From contig NC_091999.1 in assembly GCF_044704955.1 (NCBI RefSeq), positions 9,920,001 through 9,984,000 of the forward strand: a stretch of 64,000 nucleotides of DNA, written 5' to 3'. The notes beneath the pieces were generated by a model, which worked only from the letters and a program-made list of their open reading frames with translations, had not been told where the DNA came from and did no database searches. The position numbers and the translations under genes were made by a program. Source of the DNA: Pristiophorus japonicus. Its lineage: Eukaryota. This document shows, piece after piece, positions 25,330 to 39,347 of this stretch; the stretch's first letter is position 1, and every line of letters starts with the position of its first letter.

Positions 25330-26328
25330 ATGTTTGGGAAATAAATATTTGTCTTATGGAATGAGGTATGGATTTAAGTAGAGAGGATTTCTGCCATGTA
25401 GGAAATTATCGATTGTCAAATGGTTGGGTAGAAAGCGGGAGAGAGGCAAGGACGGACGGATAAACAGATGGATTGGATTGGATTAATCATTCGCTTGGAC
25501 TGGAGGGAGGTAAGCAGTAGTGGTTCCCACTGGTCGATATTAGGACCCGTGCTTTTTTGGATATAATGTTATGATCTTGACATTGTTAAATTTCAAAGTT
25601 TGCAGGCGACACAACATTTTGAAATTCAGTACAAAACTAAGGAGGATAGAAACGGTCTTTAAGAGGACATAGATAGAAAGGTGAAAGGGGCAGACACATC
25701 ACAGATTAAATTTAACATAGAGAGTTGTCTTTTGGTCGGAAGAATGATCAGAGGAAATGGACAGTAAATGATACAATTTTTATGGAGCTCAGGAATAGAG
25801 TGTGACCTGAGGATGTATGTAGACAAATCTTTGAAGGTGCACAAGTTGAGATGCATTTTAAAAAGCATATGCGATATTGGGGTTCATTAATAGAGGCACA
25901 GAGTGCTAACACAAAAAAATATAAACTTACACTGCTTAGGCTTCATCTGGTATATTGTGTTCAATTAAGAACAACACACTTTGGGAATGGTGTGAAGGCC
26001 TTGGAGAGTGTACTGATGAGATGTAATAGAATGGGACCAGGGATGGGGAATTGAGTTATGTGCAGGGACTGGGGAAACTGGGATTCGGCTCTTTAGAGCT
26101 GAGAACGTTAAGGGAGTTTTGATCGAGGTGTTCAAAATTCTGGACGTTTTGATTGAGAAACTAAGGAGAAACTGTTTCCAATGGCAGAAGGGTTTGTAAT
26201 CAATGATGAAAAATTTAAGATGGTTGGAAAAAGAACCTGAGGCGACCTGAGGAAACATTTTTTTGCACAGCGTGTTGTTGTGATCTGAAAAGCACTGCCT
26301 GAACGGATAGTGGAAACAGACGTAATCT
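25330..26328 (+). mobile_element. Old CR1 3' fragment
   Basis: Degenerate RT and C-terminal motifs (RLHLVYCVQ...KALESV). Confidence 0.6.
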
Positions 26329-26329
26329 T

Positions 26330-26981
26330 GGGCTAGATGTTCATATGAACCCCTCAACGCCCGATTGCCCGCTGAGAAGAAACGCTAATGTTTGATGAGA
26401 AATGCTGGCGAGAATTTCCACTTTTATGTTTAAACTAATTAAAACTAATCACCCATCGAGAAAATAGGCGGTGCACCTTCAGTGGCAGCTGTTTTCTCCG
26501 TGGTTAAGTGGAAACTTCGTCAAATGGGCGGTACTTTACGGAATGGATGCTAAGTATTTAAAATTTATTCCGAGGCTGCTGTTGGGCCTAGGTAGGGGGG
26601 AAAACGTTTTTAAAAAGCCAATAAAAATGAAGAAAAAACGTATAAAGCATTCCCAAGACACTTTTATACATTATCGGCGTTTTAAATGTTTAAAAATGAA
26701 TAAAAAATCTTTAACTTACCTTTCTTTGCAGAATGCTAACCTACCACCCGGTTTAAGCAGCTTTTACAGGGCGGTTCTCTCGGCGATCTGGAGGTCAGCG
26801 ATTGAGGCCAAACATAGGCCCTGGCGGTTTTTCTCGGTGTTGCACGTCAGTGGTTTGGTTCTGGCGTGCGTGTTCAGATGTGGCCGAAACCATGAAAAAA
26901 CTTAGGGGGAAACATTCGCCGGGTGGAAAAACAGCTGTACCTCTGAGAAAATCGCCGAGAAATGAAAGAAAAATCTAACCC
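26330..26981. mobile_element. MITE (Harbinger-like)
   Basis: Imperfect inverted termini GGGCTAGATGTT and AAAATCTAACCC. Confidence 0.55.
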
Positions 26982-27217
26982 GTTAACTTTTACAGATATT
27001 TGACAGTAAAACATTTACAAGGCTATGGGGAAATATTAGGGGAGAAATTGGTTTGGTTCATCAAAGTGCCTTCACAGCTATGACCGCCCAAGTGGCCAAA
27101 TAATGTGCTGTATCATTCATGATTCACTGATTCTAGGATGAAGGGAGGGAGTGAGTGGATATTGGTGTCACCGCTATTTAAGCCCTTGTTTTCTTTCTGT
27201 CCATTTACTATTTGCAG

Positions 27218-27561
27218 GACTGTTATTCGGATACAATTAAGCAACCGTCAGAATCAGTACCATGTGTGGAGAAAGAACGCATGGTGTTGCCCTGTTCATA
27301 CTCCTCCGACAGCAGCCCATATGATCTGCTCTGGGATTGGCAAAGAACAGGGGAGGCGCCGGTGCTTTTAGTCAGAATGAATTCTGAGGGAAAACGCCAA
27401 AACACAGAGCGTGTGCCAGGCCGATCCTCTTCTACCCTCTGAGCACCAGACCGTTTCTTCGCTTTAATCCTGGCAGGTTTACAGCTGGATGACAGTGTGA
27501 TGTATTATTGTGTGCTGAAAACCATCGTGCTTTAAACTGATACAGGCCCCGTACGGAAACT
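27218..27561 (+). pseudogene. TCR alpha/delta V pseudogene with a degenerate 23-RSS
   Basis: DTIKQP...VLPCSYSSDSSPYDLLWDWQRTGEAPVLL...GRSSSTL*...LQLDDSVMYYCVLK with an in-frame TGA. RSS: CATCGTG (27523) + 23 + ACGGAAACT. Confidence 0.88.
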
Positions 27562-27789
27562 ATGGCTGGCTTGTAATATACCCTGCGGTCTGGGTGTACA
27601 AATTGTGTACAGAGGAACTTCATCACTGACAGAACCAGAATCAGATACCAACAGTTTCCGGCTGTGGGTTTCTAACCGCAAAAAAGATTGACTGAAATAA
27701 AATGATATTTGCGAATGTTTTGGAATATGAACGAAACAAATGTGGAAATGCATCTCATGACCTTCAGAAAATGATGATAGACCGCGTCA

Positions 27790-27793
27790 GAGG

Positions 27794-27830
<37 letters not shown>

Positions 27831-28039
27831 TATTAATGAAAAGTAGATAGAAAGTGAGATATAAAGAAAGAAAGACAGAAAAAAGGATAGAAAGGGTGAA
27901 AGCGAGATAGAGAGAGAGGCAGAGGCCGTGGTAAAAGGCTGTTAAATAAAGAAGGAGACAGGACGGGGGAACAACGATTGAGGCGGCGAGAGGAGAGAGA
28001 GAGAGCGATAGATAGATAGATCGATCGATAGAGAGAGAG

Positions 28040-28075
<36 letters not shown>

Positions 28076-29035
28076 GCATATATAGAGGCAGGGGTAGAGA
28101 GAGTGTGAGAGAGATACAGATAGCGAGAAAGACAGAGATAGAGAGAGAGAGAGAGAGAGGGGGGGGCAAAAGACCGTTACAAATACAGAAAGAGACAGGG
28201 CAAGGGTCACGATTGATGCGGCGAGAGGAGAGAGAGAGAGAGAGACAGAGAGAAAGAGACATAGAGAGGCAGAGGAACAGAGTGAGAAAGAGAGAGAGAA
28301 ACACACAGATGGCAAGAAAGACAGAAATAGACAGACAAAGAGACAGAGAGAGAGACGGTGACAGAAAGATAGAGCCTGAAAGACAGAGACGGGAGACTGA
28401 CAGACACAGGGAGCACGTCTCTCAGACATTGAGGTTAGAAGGTGGAAAATGCGAGATTCTTGAAAGTGGGCAGTCTCAGGCAATCCGAGTCACCTCCCAT
28501 TTACTGATCTGTTACAACTGTTAAACAGTAAGAAGATAGGAATGCGTCACAGAAATCGGAGCAATTCATTCACTCGCCCAATGTACGCCATTATACTGTT
28601 AAGCACGACAGGCTGTAATATTTTTAATCCAAATTCTCTTCAATGCATCAATACCCGACTTTCAATGTGCCCCTTTTAAACTCCTCAACTGATCTACCAT
28701 TGTGGCCGTCTGTGCTGTACCTGTCTTTTCACACTAGGCAATTGATCACCATTTCCATGTCTGCCAATCACTCTCTCTCTCTCTCTCTGTGGAACGCTCT
28801 GTCTGTCTGTCTCTCTCTCTCTCTGTGTTTGTGTGTATCTCTCTCTCTGCCTCTCTTTCTTTTTACATGTAAATGTTGGTCTGTCTCTCTCTCTGTCTGT
28901 CACTGTTTGTGTGTACCTCTCTGTCTGTCTCTCTCTCTCTCTCTGTATGTGTCTATCTCGCTCTCTATTTGTATGCATCTCTCTTTCTGTCTGTCTCGCT
29001 ACCTCTTTCTCATTCTGTTCCTCACTCTTTTTCTA
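27790..29035. repeat. GA-rich (27790-28410) and CT-rich (28770-29035) microsatellite tracts
   Basis: Direct inspection. Confidence 0.9.
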
Positions 29036-29209
29036 TATTTGTAAGACAACTTCTTCGACATGAACAAGAGGACGCCATTTATCATCTCGAGCCAGCGCCA
29101 TTCAATGAGATCATTGCGGATTTGTCCATCGGTTTTATTTCGTCACCTTGGCTACATATTCCTTGATGCCGTTACCCAACCAAAATGCAACAAACACTGT
29201 AAAGCAGCT

Positions 29210-29283
29210 TACCAGGAGTGGGACTCGAACGTTCGTTCGATTGGTTTCTGAGTCCAAAGCCTGAACCGCTCGGCCAGCCTAAT
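29210..29283 (-). pseudogene. tRNA-Leu-derived pseudogene
   Basis: AGGCTGGCCGAGCGGTTCAGGCTTTGGACTCAGAAACCAAT...GTTCGAGTCCCACTCCTGGTA resembles a vertebrate tRNA-Leu body, with a shortened variable arm and stem mismatches. Confidence 0.65.
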
Positions 29284-30545
29284 ATGTTTGGCATATTATG
29301 GATATAAATGAATTTCACTGTGATCCGATGGAAAACGTGCCTGTAGTTGCCATATGTCTGCTTTCGTGAAAAAGTCATTTTTTCGCGATTTTCAGTGATA
29401 TCATGAACATAATCTCCTGCTTGAAATGATATTCATTGTTATTTTTGATAGTGTAGTGTTGGTTGTGGTAGCGGTTTGCCGATGGTGACGGTGGCTATGA
29501 TGATGATGATTGTGATAATTATGATCATGACGATGGTGCTGATGATCATGGTAATGATCATCATGATAGTGCGAATGATGGGGATGCTGCTGCTGATGAG
29601 CACTATTTCTATATTTTATGCTACAATAGCTAAGACTTAATGGAAGGGCCTTTTCCGGAAATGCTGGTTCAATGCTGGTTCAAGAAGAACATAATGTCAG
29701 ATTAACCTGCGCCTTCGAAACATAAAATCGTAGTCATGGTATGTACTGGCACCAGCACCCCAGGCAGCCAACACATGTTGTGTTTTATTTTATTACAAGG
29801 ACAGTAAACTGAAACCCCGATTTCAATCACCGATTCCCTTCCACTATGAACAAAACTACCAGGATTTATGAGCTAACAATCGGCAAGAACAGGTGAGGTC
29901 GACTTGCGGAATTCTATTAGTTTGTGCCTTCAACTCGCATTCCCTATGAAACCGAACTTCACAAATCCACCTGGGGCTCTCAATTCTCCTGTTGTTTTTT
30001 GATGCTCTTTTGGTGCATACCTCCAATATTGTGCAGCCCTTTACATATCTCCCCTAACCATCTCCCGGGCCCTTTGGTCGTGGCCTGTACAACGAGTTTA
30101 TTTGATTAGAGAACGTTGCTGGGTCAGGTGCTGTTTATACACAATGAGTAGATTTCACAAGGTAGTGACTGTCCCATTTAAAACAAGCCTCAAACACAAA
30201 GTTCCCCTTATTGACCATTGTCTTCAGAATGTCTCTTTAATATTGGGATGTTTGCTGTCACCATGAACTGCCCCTCGGCTTCCGGTTTATAATAACCAAA
30301 CAAGTGCTTTACTCCCAGCTCCGATCTCTAAAAGTGGAACCATTCAACTATAAGCATAGTGACTGTAACACAGCTCGTGGTGTTTCCATTCACTGGCAGC
30401 CAGCTCACCACCTGGCGGTCTCACAGCACCACTGGTGACAAAAGGACATGAGCTGAGAGCATGCTGATATCTACAGCTGATTATTGAGGTGGGGATTTGA
30501 ACGGGTATCTTCAAATATCGACCCTTTACAGAGCGGACAGCGACA

Positions 30546-31042
30546 ATGCAAACACTCAGCATTTGGGTTTTGTGGGGGATATTTATGTCAGGTAACTGTG
30601 GAGCAAACACTTTTAACCGTTTCTCTCATTTCCTAAACATGCATTGGATCTGAATTTTAAACACCCGCCGGTCTAATCTTTCCCTAATTGAACATATATT
30701 TCAGATCTAATTCAAGGAGATCCTGTCACTCAGCCGCTGTCCTCGGGAGCTAAGACAGAAGTGACTTTAAACTGTACCTATGATAGCACGCGCAGCATAA
30801 ATTATTTTATACTGGTACTGCCACCATCCAGGCAGACAGCCCGAGTTTATTCTGATGAAATACACCAATGGTTATGAAGATAAAGCTGATTTTGCTGCAA
30901 TCCGTTTCTCTCCAGAGCTCCAAATTGATAATACATTCACCAGTTCAACCATCACGGGACTTCGGCAGACGGACACTGCAGTTTATTACTGTGCTCTGAG
31001 ACGCACGGTGATGGAGACCAGTTAAAACCTCGTACAGAAACT
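30546..31042 (+). pseudogene. TCR alpha/delta V pseudogene (leader 30546-30591, V 30705-31003, 23-RSS 31004-31042)
   Basis: Leader MQTLSIWVLWGIFMS with GT donor. DPVTQP...VTLNCTYDS, a frameshift in CDR1, then LYWYCHHPGRQPEFIL...DTAVYYCALR. RSS: CACGGTG + 23 + ACAGAAACT. Confidence 0.92.
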
Positions 31043-31329
31043 CCCGTCGGATTTGGATCTTGCCTCTGCCTGATGAAACCCGAAATAACGGCGATCAGAT
31101 GCTGACTCGCTGTCGAGCGCTGCTCTCCTGAGCTGGCTTAGACTGGGATGAACACGGGGGAAAGCCCCTTTTGTGAAAGTCTCACACAAAACTGATTTTG
31201 CGAGACTGGGGGATATATCCTGCAGAGCGAATGAGCAATGATCATATTGAATGGCGGTGCGGACTCGAAGGGCCGAATGGCCCTCCTACTGCTCCAATTT
31301 ACTATGTTTCGATGTTTCCATGAATCAAT

Positions 31330-31847
31330 CGGCCAGGTTGAATTTCTCTGTCAGTTACACGACGCACAAGCCGGGTGGTCTCAGAAAAATCAGCTCCAGA
31401 TTAGCTGTGAGGAACAGAGCGAACACATTCGCTGGTATTGCCTCGGATCTAGAATCATGGAATGTTACAGCACAGAAACATATAGCTCGGCACATCTTTC
31501 AGAGAGCGATCCTATTAGTCCCACACTCTCCCCATAGCCCTGCAATTCTCTCACTTTCAAGTATGAAATATTACAATCAGGAATGAAGGACATGCTCAAA
31601 GAGAGAGGAGACTAACACGGGTTAAGAGATTCTCCCGTGTAAGTAATCACAATTTCCGTTCCCATGTGATCAATTTCAATGTCTTGGGATACACGGGAAC
31701 TGAAAGTAGAAAGCTTCAGAATTTGTTCCTCTCCCGAACTCAAGACCTCGATTAATGTCACAAGTGGAACCATCTTCGGTTGCCATGCATTACTGCGCCC
31801 TGAGAATCAAAATGATGGAGCGCAGTCTCACCCCCCGTACATAAACT
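31330..31847 (+). pseudogene. Highly decayed V relic
   Basis: LQISC...IRWY at about 31390-31440 and VAMHYCALR ending at 31805, followed by CAAAATG + 24 + ACATAAACT. Confidence 0.5.
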
Positions 31848-32482
31848 GCCATTGGACTGTAGGTCACACCACCTGTCTGTTGGGGTTGTGTGGAATCGTG
31901 GGCAGATGCAACCGCAATGAGCAGCGCGCTGTCAGGCGCTCAAACACGTACCAAGAGGAAACCAAATTAAGCTCGGATCAAACTGTCGCACAGCTGCTTC
32001 CAAGGAGCATCTGAGAAAACAAACTGCAGATTCCAATCATCCCGGAAGATCGATCGCAGAATGAACCGACGGGTTAAACAGTGCTTCCTACTTCTGATCA
32101 GATGCTTTCCCTTAAAGTGACGGATTGATGTGCAGATCCGTTCCGAGAATGGGGTTGTTGACTGCGCCGGAAACTTTCTACCGTTCGCTGAGTTTTAGGG
32201 CATGATCTCGTTCCCATATGTTACATGTGTGTGTGATTTTATTTCTACATGTTACTTTAATGCGCGGATATTTAAGGTTGCGATGCCATTAAGGAAAACA
32301 TTTCCATCAAAGCCGAACCAGTTAATATCGGGAGCTTTTCGACGGTGTGCCAGGGCAGGTCCTGGGAGTGGCAGATTCATATGTTCCCCCAATTTGGGGG
32401 GCGGAGTGGTATAGCAGTTAAATCCGCCCTTTCGAGCAGTGAATCTGTAAATATCCAAAAAAATTTCTCTGTTCGTACTTGC

Positions 32483-32513
<31 letters not shown>

Positions 32514-33499
32514 CAAACCACCTTTCGAAGTGTTTGTTGAGAATTCACCTTTTATTTTTTAGCTCCCATTAGTGTCACACATGGAAATTCTTTCCTTGAG
32601 GAGCGCCTGGTCTCAGTTTTGAAAATGAAACCCAGCTGAAGGATGAGGAGTTCTCAGTGGGCGAGTGCCACATCCGACCACCACCCTGGGACTCATTTTA
32701 TCACCCGCTACAGCTGGCAGATAGGAACAGGAGGAGGCCAGTCGTCCCAATGTTACACCATTGAATTAGCTCATAGTTATTCTCCACCTCAACTCCATCC
32801 ATTCGCTTTGCTTCAGATTCATCCATACCCTTCAATAGGAATGAATATGAGTTAGCAACTCAGCCCCTTGAGCCTCTACCTCAGCCCCATTTACCCGCCT
32901 TTGCTCCATAACTCTCTATATCATTACCCAACAAAAATCTATCTATCTGTCTTGAAAATTCCAATTGACCCTCAATATCCACAGCATTTTAGGGTCAAAT
33001 TTCCAGATTTCTGTTTACACTTTGTGTTAGAAAAATGTGAGGTTTTCAACAAGACTGATGACACAAGAAAACAAACAGTTACCAATGGTTAACTTCGCTT
33101 CAGTATTTTTGTTAACGGGTGTGGTCGGTGAGCTGCTGCTGTAGTCAATGGAAGATCAATTTCTTTTTATGTTCTCTTTAACACAACAAGAAGGAAGACG
33201 ATTTCCTTGAGCCTGGGTATCTGTTGGCACAGATTTGCCGCTGTTCTATCTCTACCTCCATGTAGACAAAGTGGCAAACTGCAGGTACGTTGACATTTTG
33301 CAGCGGAAACCCAATGTTTCCGTTTTAAGTCCTACCTGTCAGCCACCTTCCCCGGAGCTCATAATTTATTTTGCCTATTCTCCAAAATCTCCAGCTGCGC
33401 TTGCTGAGTTGCCTTCCAGGTAGAATTTGCATACAACTGTACACCCGCCACCTAGCGATCTACTCTGACTATTTCATTTGCAAATCTGTGAAATTGACG

Positions 33500-34105
33500 A
33501 GATTGTTGAAAAAAAACAGATGGCATTCTGGTCTTTATAAATAGAGGCTCAGCGTACAATATCCACGAAGTTATACTAGAGCTTTCTAAGTTACCACTAA
33601 GACATTAGCAGGAGTATTGCGTCCAATGATGTGCACCACACTTCAGGAAGGATGATAAGGCAGTCGAGAGGATGCACAGGAGATTTGCTCGAAAGGTGCC
33701 AGGGATAAAATACTTCAGTTACCTGGCTGGCTGGATTAGTGAAACTGGGTTTATTCTCAGTAGAGCAGAGAACGTTGAGAGGAGATTTAATTGAAATGTT
33801 CAAAAATTGTGAGGATTGTTGATAGAGTAGAAAGGTAGCAAATATTTCTACTGACAGGAGGATCGATTAACCGGAGATTTAGGATAATTGGCAAAAAAAT
33901 CAGAGCAGAGAGAAAGATAAATTTGCTTGAAAGGATGGTGGAAGCAGATTCAATAATAACTTTCAATACTAAATTCGATATACAGCTGAAATGTAAAAAT
34001 TTCAGGGCTATGAGCAAAAAAATGGAAATTGAAGTAATTGGAGAGCTCTTTCAAATAGCTTGCAAATGGACCATGGTCGAATGGCACGTACCATGCTGTA
34101 TAATT
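33500..34105 (+). mobile_element. Old CR1 3' fragment
   Basis: Degenerate C-terminal ORF2 motifs and tail. Confidence 0.6.
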
Positions 34106-34193
34106 CAATTATTCATCTCACGTGAATTGTATTCTGTGCTGCAGCTCAATGTGACCGCACTAAACTCATCCTCCGTCAAAACAGACCACAGGC

Positions 34194-34410
34194 AGCTTTT
34201 GTACAAGAGGAGAACTAGGTCATATCACTGTGCCGGAGCGGTAGGGCAGAATCACACATGTACAGTCACGTGGCACTCAGGTGGAGATCAGTGATGGTTA
34301 AATTAGTCAACTTTGAGGAAGTAATTAATTCAGAAGTGAAGCGATTCCAAATATGTGTTGGCTTTTCCCCGACTCTCACTCAAAGTATTGTTTGAAAGTT
34401 AATTGTCGGC
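34194..34410 (-). pseudogene. V pseudogene 3' fragment with an intact 23-RSS
   Basis: NRFTSELITSSKLTNLTITDLHLSAT*LYMC..., then CACAGTG (34232-34226) + 23 + ACAAAAGCT. Confidence 0.75.
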
Positions 34411-35331
34411 ATAATATGAAACGTTGTATAACGTAGTTTTGTACTATATCATCCTTGAAATATGTAACAAATCATAAGCAGGTGAGGATAGACAAAAGGG
34501 TGAATTTGAAATTTCCACTCTGACAATCTCAGCCAATGCGGGCCTCCACGTGTCGAGCTGATTTCCAAAACTCACGCCTTTGCTGCGAGGCTGATCCTGT
34601 TTTTGCATTGAGCAGCTGAAGGGAATATTCTTCAATGACAAATCCCATCATTGATTAAGCCAATGGGGACCGCTAAGAGGCCTTGAGATGATTGGACATA
34701 TGAGAGAGAGACCGAGTGTGGTTGGATGAGCAGAAGTGGCATGTTACTTTATTCGCAGGCTACAGGTGGCGCTGGCGAGTATTGCCAGTCCCCGGTTGTC
34801 CGGAGATGGTGAATCCAGTCCCACACGAATGTGACTGACCCTTAACTGCTTTTTGAAGTGGCACTGCAAGGAAGAGAGTTGTAAAAGGGCAACTTGAGAT
34901 GAGAAATAAATGCCAAAATCGCCAGCGACGGCCCCATCCAGAGAATGATTAATAAAAGGTAGAGCAACTGACTGACATCACCTCGTACTGATCATTGTAT
35001 CTGCTCTCCTTCCGACACCGTCAGTTGCTGTTCAATAATGTTATATCAAATTATCTGTACAATCATTTGCTTTCTAAATAACTATTATGCCAATTTGGTG
35101 AATTGATGGGTCTTCTGTGATCTAGATCTTCCCAACAGAAGTTTAACTTCCACAATACTTCCTTTCCATTGCAGGAATTTCCAGCAGCCTACTGGTTCAC
35201 CATATTCAGTTCAATGATTTGCTGCAACAAACAAAGGTGCTGCCCTAATGAAGTACTGGGACTTTACTGAAGGGAAAGGGTGGTGTCCTGCCGCCCCCTG
35301 GTGAGGGACCCAAAAACAGCACGTGGTGTTT

Positions 35332-38300
35332 CATAGAAACATAGAAACACAGAAAATAGGTACAGGAATAGGCCATATGGCCCTTCGAGCATGCACCACC
35401 ATTCAATGAGATCATGGCTGATCATTCGTCTCAGTACCCCTTTCCTGCTTTCTCTCCATACCCCTTGATGCATTTAGCCATAAAGGCCACATCTTACTCC
35501 CTCTTCATTATATCCAACGATCTGGCATCAACAACTCTCTGCGGTAGGGAATTCCACAGGTTAACAACTCTCTGACTGAAGAACTTTCTCCTCATCTCAG
35601 TTATAAATGGCTTACCCCTTATCCGCAGACTTTGTCCTCTGGTTCTGGACTTCCCCAACATCGGGAACATTCTTCCTGCATCTAACCTGTCCAGTCCCAT
35701 CAGAATTGTATATATTCCTATGAGAGACCCTCTCATCCTTCTAAACTCCAGTGAATAAAGGCCCAGTCGATCCAGTCGCTCCTCAGATGTCAGTCCTGCC
35801 ATCCCCCGAATCAGTCTGGTGAACCTTCGCTGCCGACCTTCAATAGTCAGAACGTCCTTCCTCAGATTCGGAGACCAAACTGAACACAATATTCCAGGTG
35901 AGGCCTCACCAAGGCCCTGTACAACTGCAGTAAGAACTCCCTGCTCCTATACTCAAAACACCAACTATGAAGACCAACATACGATTTGCATTCTTCACCT
36001 CCTGCTGTTCCTACATGCCATCTTTCAATGACTGACGTACCATGACACCCAGGTCTCGTTGCACCTCCCATTTGCCTAATCTGGCACCATTCAGATAATA
36101 TTCTGCCTTCATGTTTTTTCCCCCAAAGTGGATAACCTCACATTTATCCACATTATACCGCATCTACCATGCATTTGCCCACTCACCGAACCTGTGCAAG
36201 TCACCCTGCAGCCGCTTAGCTTACTCCTCACAGCTCACAGTGCCACGCAGTTTAGTGTCATCTGCAAACTTGGAGATATTACACTCAATTCCTTCATCGA
36301 AACCATTAATGTATGTTGTAAATAGCTTGGGTCCCAGCACTGAGCCTTGCGGCACCTCACTAGTCATTGCCTGCCATTCTGAAAAGGACCCATTTATCCC
36401 GACTCTCTGCTTCCTGTCTGCCAACCAGTTCTTTATCCACGACAATACATTACCCCCAATATCATGTGCTTTAATTTTTCAAAACAATCTCTTGTGTGGG
36501 ACCTTGTCAAAAGCCTTTTGAAAGTCCAAATACACCACATCCACTGGTTCTCCCTTGTTCACTCTACGAGTTACATCCTCAAAAAAATCCAGAAAACTTG
36601 TCAAGCATGTTTTCCCTTTAATAAATCCATGCTGATTGGACCGAACCTGTAATTGCTTTCGAAATGCGCCGTTATTTCATCATTAATTATTGATTCCAAC
36701 ATTTTCCACACTATTGATGTCAGGCTAACCAGTCGATAATTACCCATTTTCTCTCACCCTCCTTTTTAAAAAAGTGGTGTTACATTAGCTACCCTGCAGT
36801 CCATAGGAACTGATCCAGAATCGATAGATGTTGGAAAATGATCACCAGTGCATCCACTATTTCTGGGGCCATTTCCTTAAGTACTTTGAGATGCAGACTA
36901 TCGGGCCCCGGGGATTCATTGGCCTTCAATCCCATCAATTTCCCAAACAAAATTTCCCGCCTAATATGGATATCCTTCTGTTCCTCCTTCGCTCTAGACC
37001 CTCAGTGCCCTAGTACTTCCGGAAGGTTATTTCTGTCTTCCTTCGTGAAGACAGAACCAAAGTATTTGTTCAACTGGTCTGCCATTTCTTTGTGCCCCAT
37101 TATAAATTCACTTGAATCTGAATTCCAGGGACCTACGTTTGTCTTAATTAATCTTTTTCTCTTCACATATCTATAGAAGCTTTTGGAGTCAGTTATTATG
37201 TTCCCGGCACGTTTCCTCTCATACTCTATTTTCCCACTCCTAATCAAACCCTTTGTACCCTTCTGCTAAATTCTAAATTTCTCCCTGTCCTCAGATTTGC
37301 TGCTTTTTCTGGCCAATTTATGTGCCACTTCCTTGGATTTAGCACTAACCTTCATTTCCCTTGTTAGCCACGGTTGAGCCACCTTCCCCGTTTTAGTTTT
37401 ACTCCAGACAGTGATGTACAATTGTTGAAGTTCATTCATGTGACCTTTAAATGTTTACCATTGTCTATCCACCGTCAACACTCTAAGTGTCATTTGCCAG
37501 TCTATTCTAGCCAATTCACGTCTCATACCATTGAAATTATCTTTCCTTAAGTTCAGGACCCGAGTCTCTGAATTAACGGTGTCTCTCTCCATCTTAATAA
37601 GGAATTCTACCATATTATTGTCACTCTTCCCCAAGGGGCCTCGCAGAACAAGATTGCTAATTACTCCTTTCTCATTACGCATCACCCAGTCTAGGATGGC
37701 CAGCCATCTAGTTCGTTCCTCAACATATTGTTCCAGAAAACAATGCCTAATACACTCAAGGGAATGCTCCTCCATCGTACTGTTACCAGTTTTGTTAGCC
37801 AAATCTATTTGTAGATTAAAGTCGGGTATGATAACGGCAGTACCTTTATTGCACGCATCCCTAATTTCTTGTTTGATGCTGTCCCCAACCTCACTACTAC
37901 TATTTGATGGTCTGTACACAACTCCCACTAGCGTTTTCTGCCCTTTGTTATTCCGCAGCTCTGCGCATGCAGATTCCATATCATCCAAGCTGATGTCCTT
38001 CCTTACTATTGCGTTAATTTCCTCTTTAACCAGCAACGCTACCCCAAATCCTTTTCCTTTCTGTCTATCCTTCCTGATTGCTGGATACCCCTGAATGTTG
38101 ATTTCCCAGCCTTGGTCACCCTGGAGCCATGCCTCCATGATGCAAGTGATATCATATACATTAATTGCTGCCTGTGCAGTAAATTCGTCCACCATTTTAT
38201 GAATATTCCTCGCATTGAGGCACAGAGCCTTCAGGCTTGTCTTTTTAAAACACTTTGCCCTTTTAGAATTTTGCTGCAATGTGGCCACTTTTGATTTTTG

Positions 38301-38725
38301 CCTTGCGTTTCTCTGCCCTCCACTTTTACTTTTCGTCCGTCTGTCTTTTTCTTCTCCCCCTATTTTACTTAGCTCTGCCTCCCTGCATAGGTTCCCATCC
38401 CCCTGCCATATTAGTTTAACATCTCCCCAACAGCGCTAGCAAACACTCCCCCGAGGACTTTGGTTCCACTCCTGCCCAGGTGCAGACCGTCCGGTTTGTA
38501 CTGGTTCCACCTTCCCCAGAACTGGTACCGATGTCCCAGGAATTTGAATCCCTCCCTTCTGCACCACTCCTCAAGCCCCGTATTCATCTATCCTGCGATT
38601 CCTACTCTGACTAGCACGTGGCACTGGTAGCAATCCTTTGAGGTCCTACTTTTTAATTTTACTCCTAGCTCCCTAAATTCAGCTTGTACGACCTCATCCC
38701 GTTTTTTACCTATATTGTTGGTACC
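35332..38725 (-). mobile_element. CR1 LINE (end of ORF1, ORF2 and tail), degenerate
   Basis: EN and RT motifs across several ORFs; (CATAGAAA) tail at 35332. Confidence 0.92.
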
Positions 38726-39308
38726 GGACCGTTTTTGCGCAAGACAACGCCATATAAATACAAGAAAGGTGAATTTCGCCGTATCCTCGTCATTAGTACG
38801 TAAAGAAGAAATAAACAGTGCTTCATATAAACGGAGATGCAAGTAACACAAATAAAACAAGTTTCAAAATGTAATTGAATCCAAATAACCACAATAGATG
38901 ATTTTTTCACATACAAATCAGTGCAACTCAACGTTTACTTGACACACCAGAAGCGCTTTGGGAAATCTGAACTGGATAAAGCTTTATGCAAATGCTAAGA
39001 TTTTCATCATATTTCCTTCACCCAATCAGCGCATTCCGTCGGCGTGATAGTGCTTCTTCTGGATTTTCTGCAATATCTATAATTTATGTACTGGTATAAA
39101 TTCTCCAACCACCTCTTTTAAATTTGTTCCTGATGTGTTCAATCTAGAAGGACAAGAATATATCTCCCCCAATGCTGCATCTGTTGCTCTTGTCTTGCTG
39201 TCTATTTTGAATGTATTGTAAATCAACATCTTCTGGTGGCAAGTTTAGAAAATCCCCGTAAGTCCCCACTTTGACTGCTATCCCATTGAACTTGACACGT
39301 ACAGGCAG

Positions 39309-39347
39309 TGTTTTTGTACGAGGCAACCTTTGGTTCTTGTCACTGTG
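39309..39347 (-). other. 23-bp RSS
   Basis: CACAGTG + 23 + ACAAAAACA. Confidence 0.95.

Noticed and set aside
27833-29166. Long Leu/Ser-rich and Arg/Glu-rich ORFs
   Set aside because: Artefacts of GA/CT microsatellites.
38728-38860. LFISSLRTNDEDTAKF plus a nonamer-like GCAAAAACG
   Set aside because: No YYC and no heptamer at 12- or 23-nt spacing.
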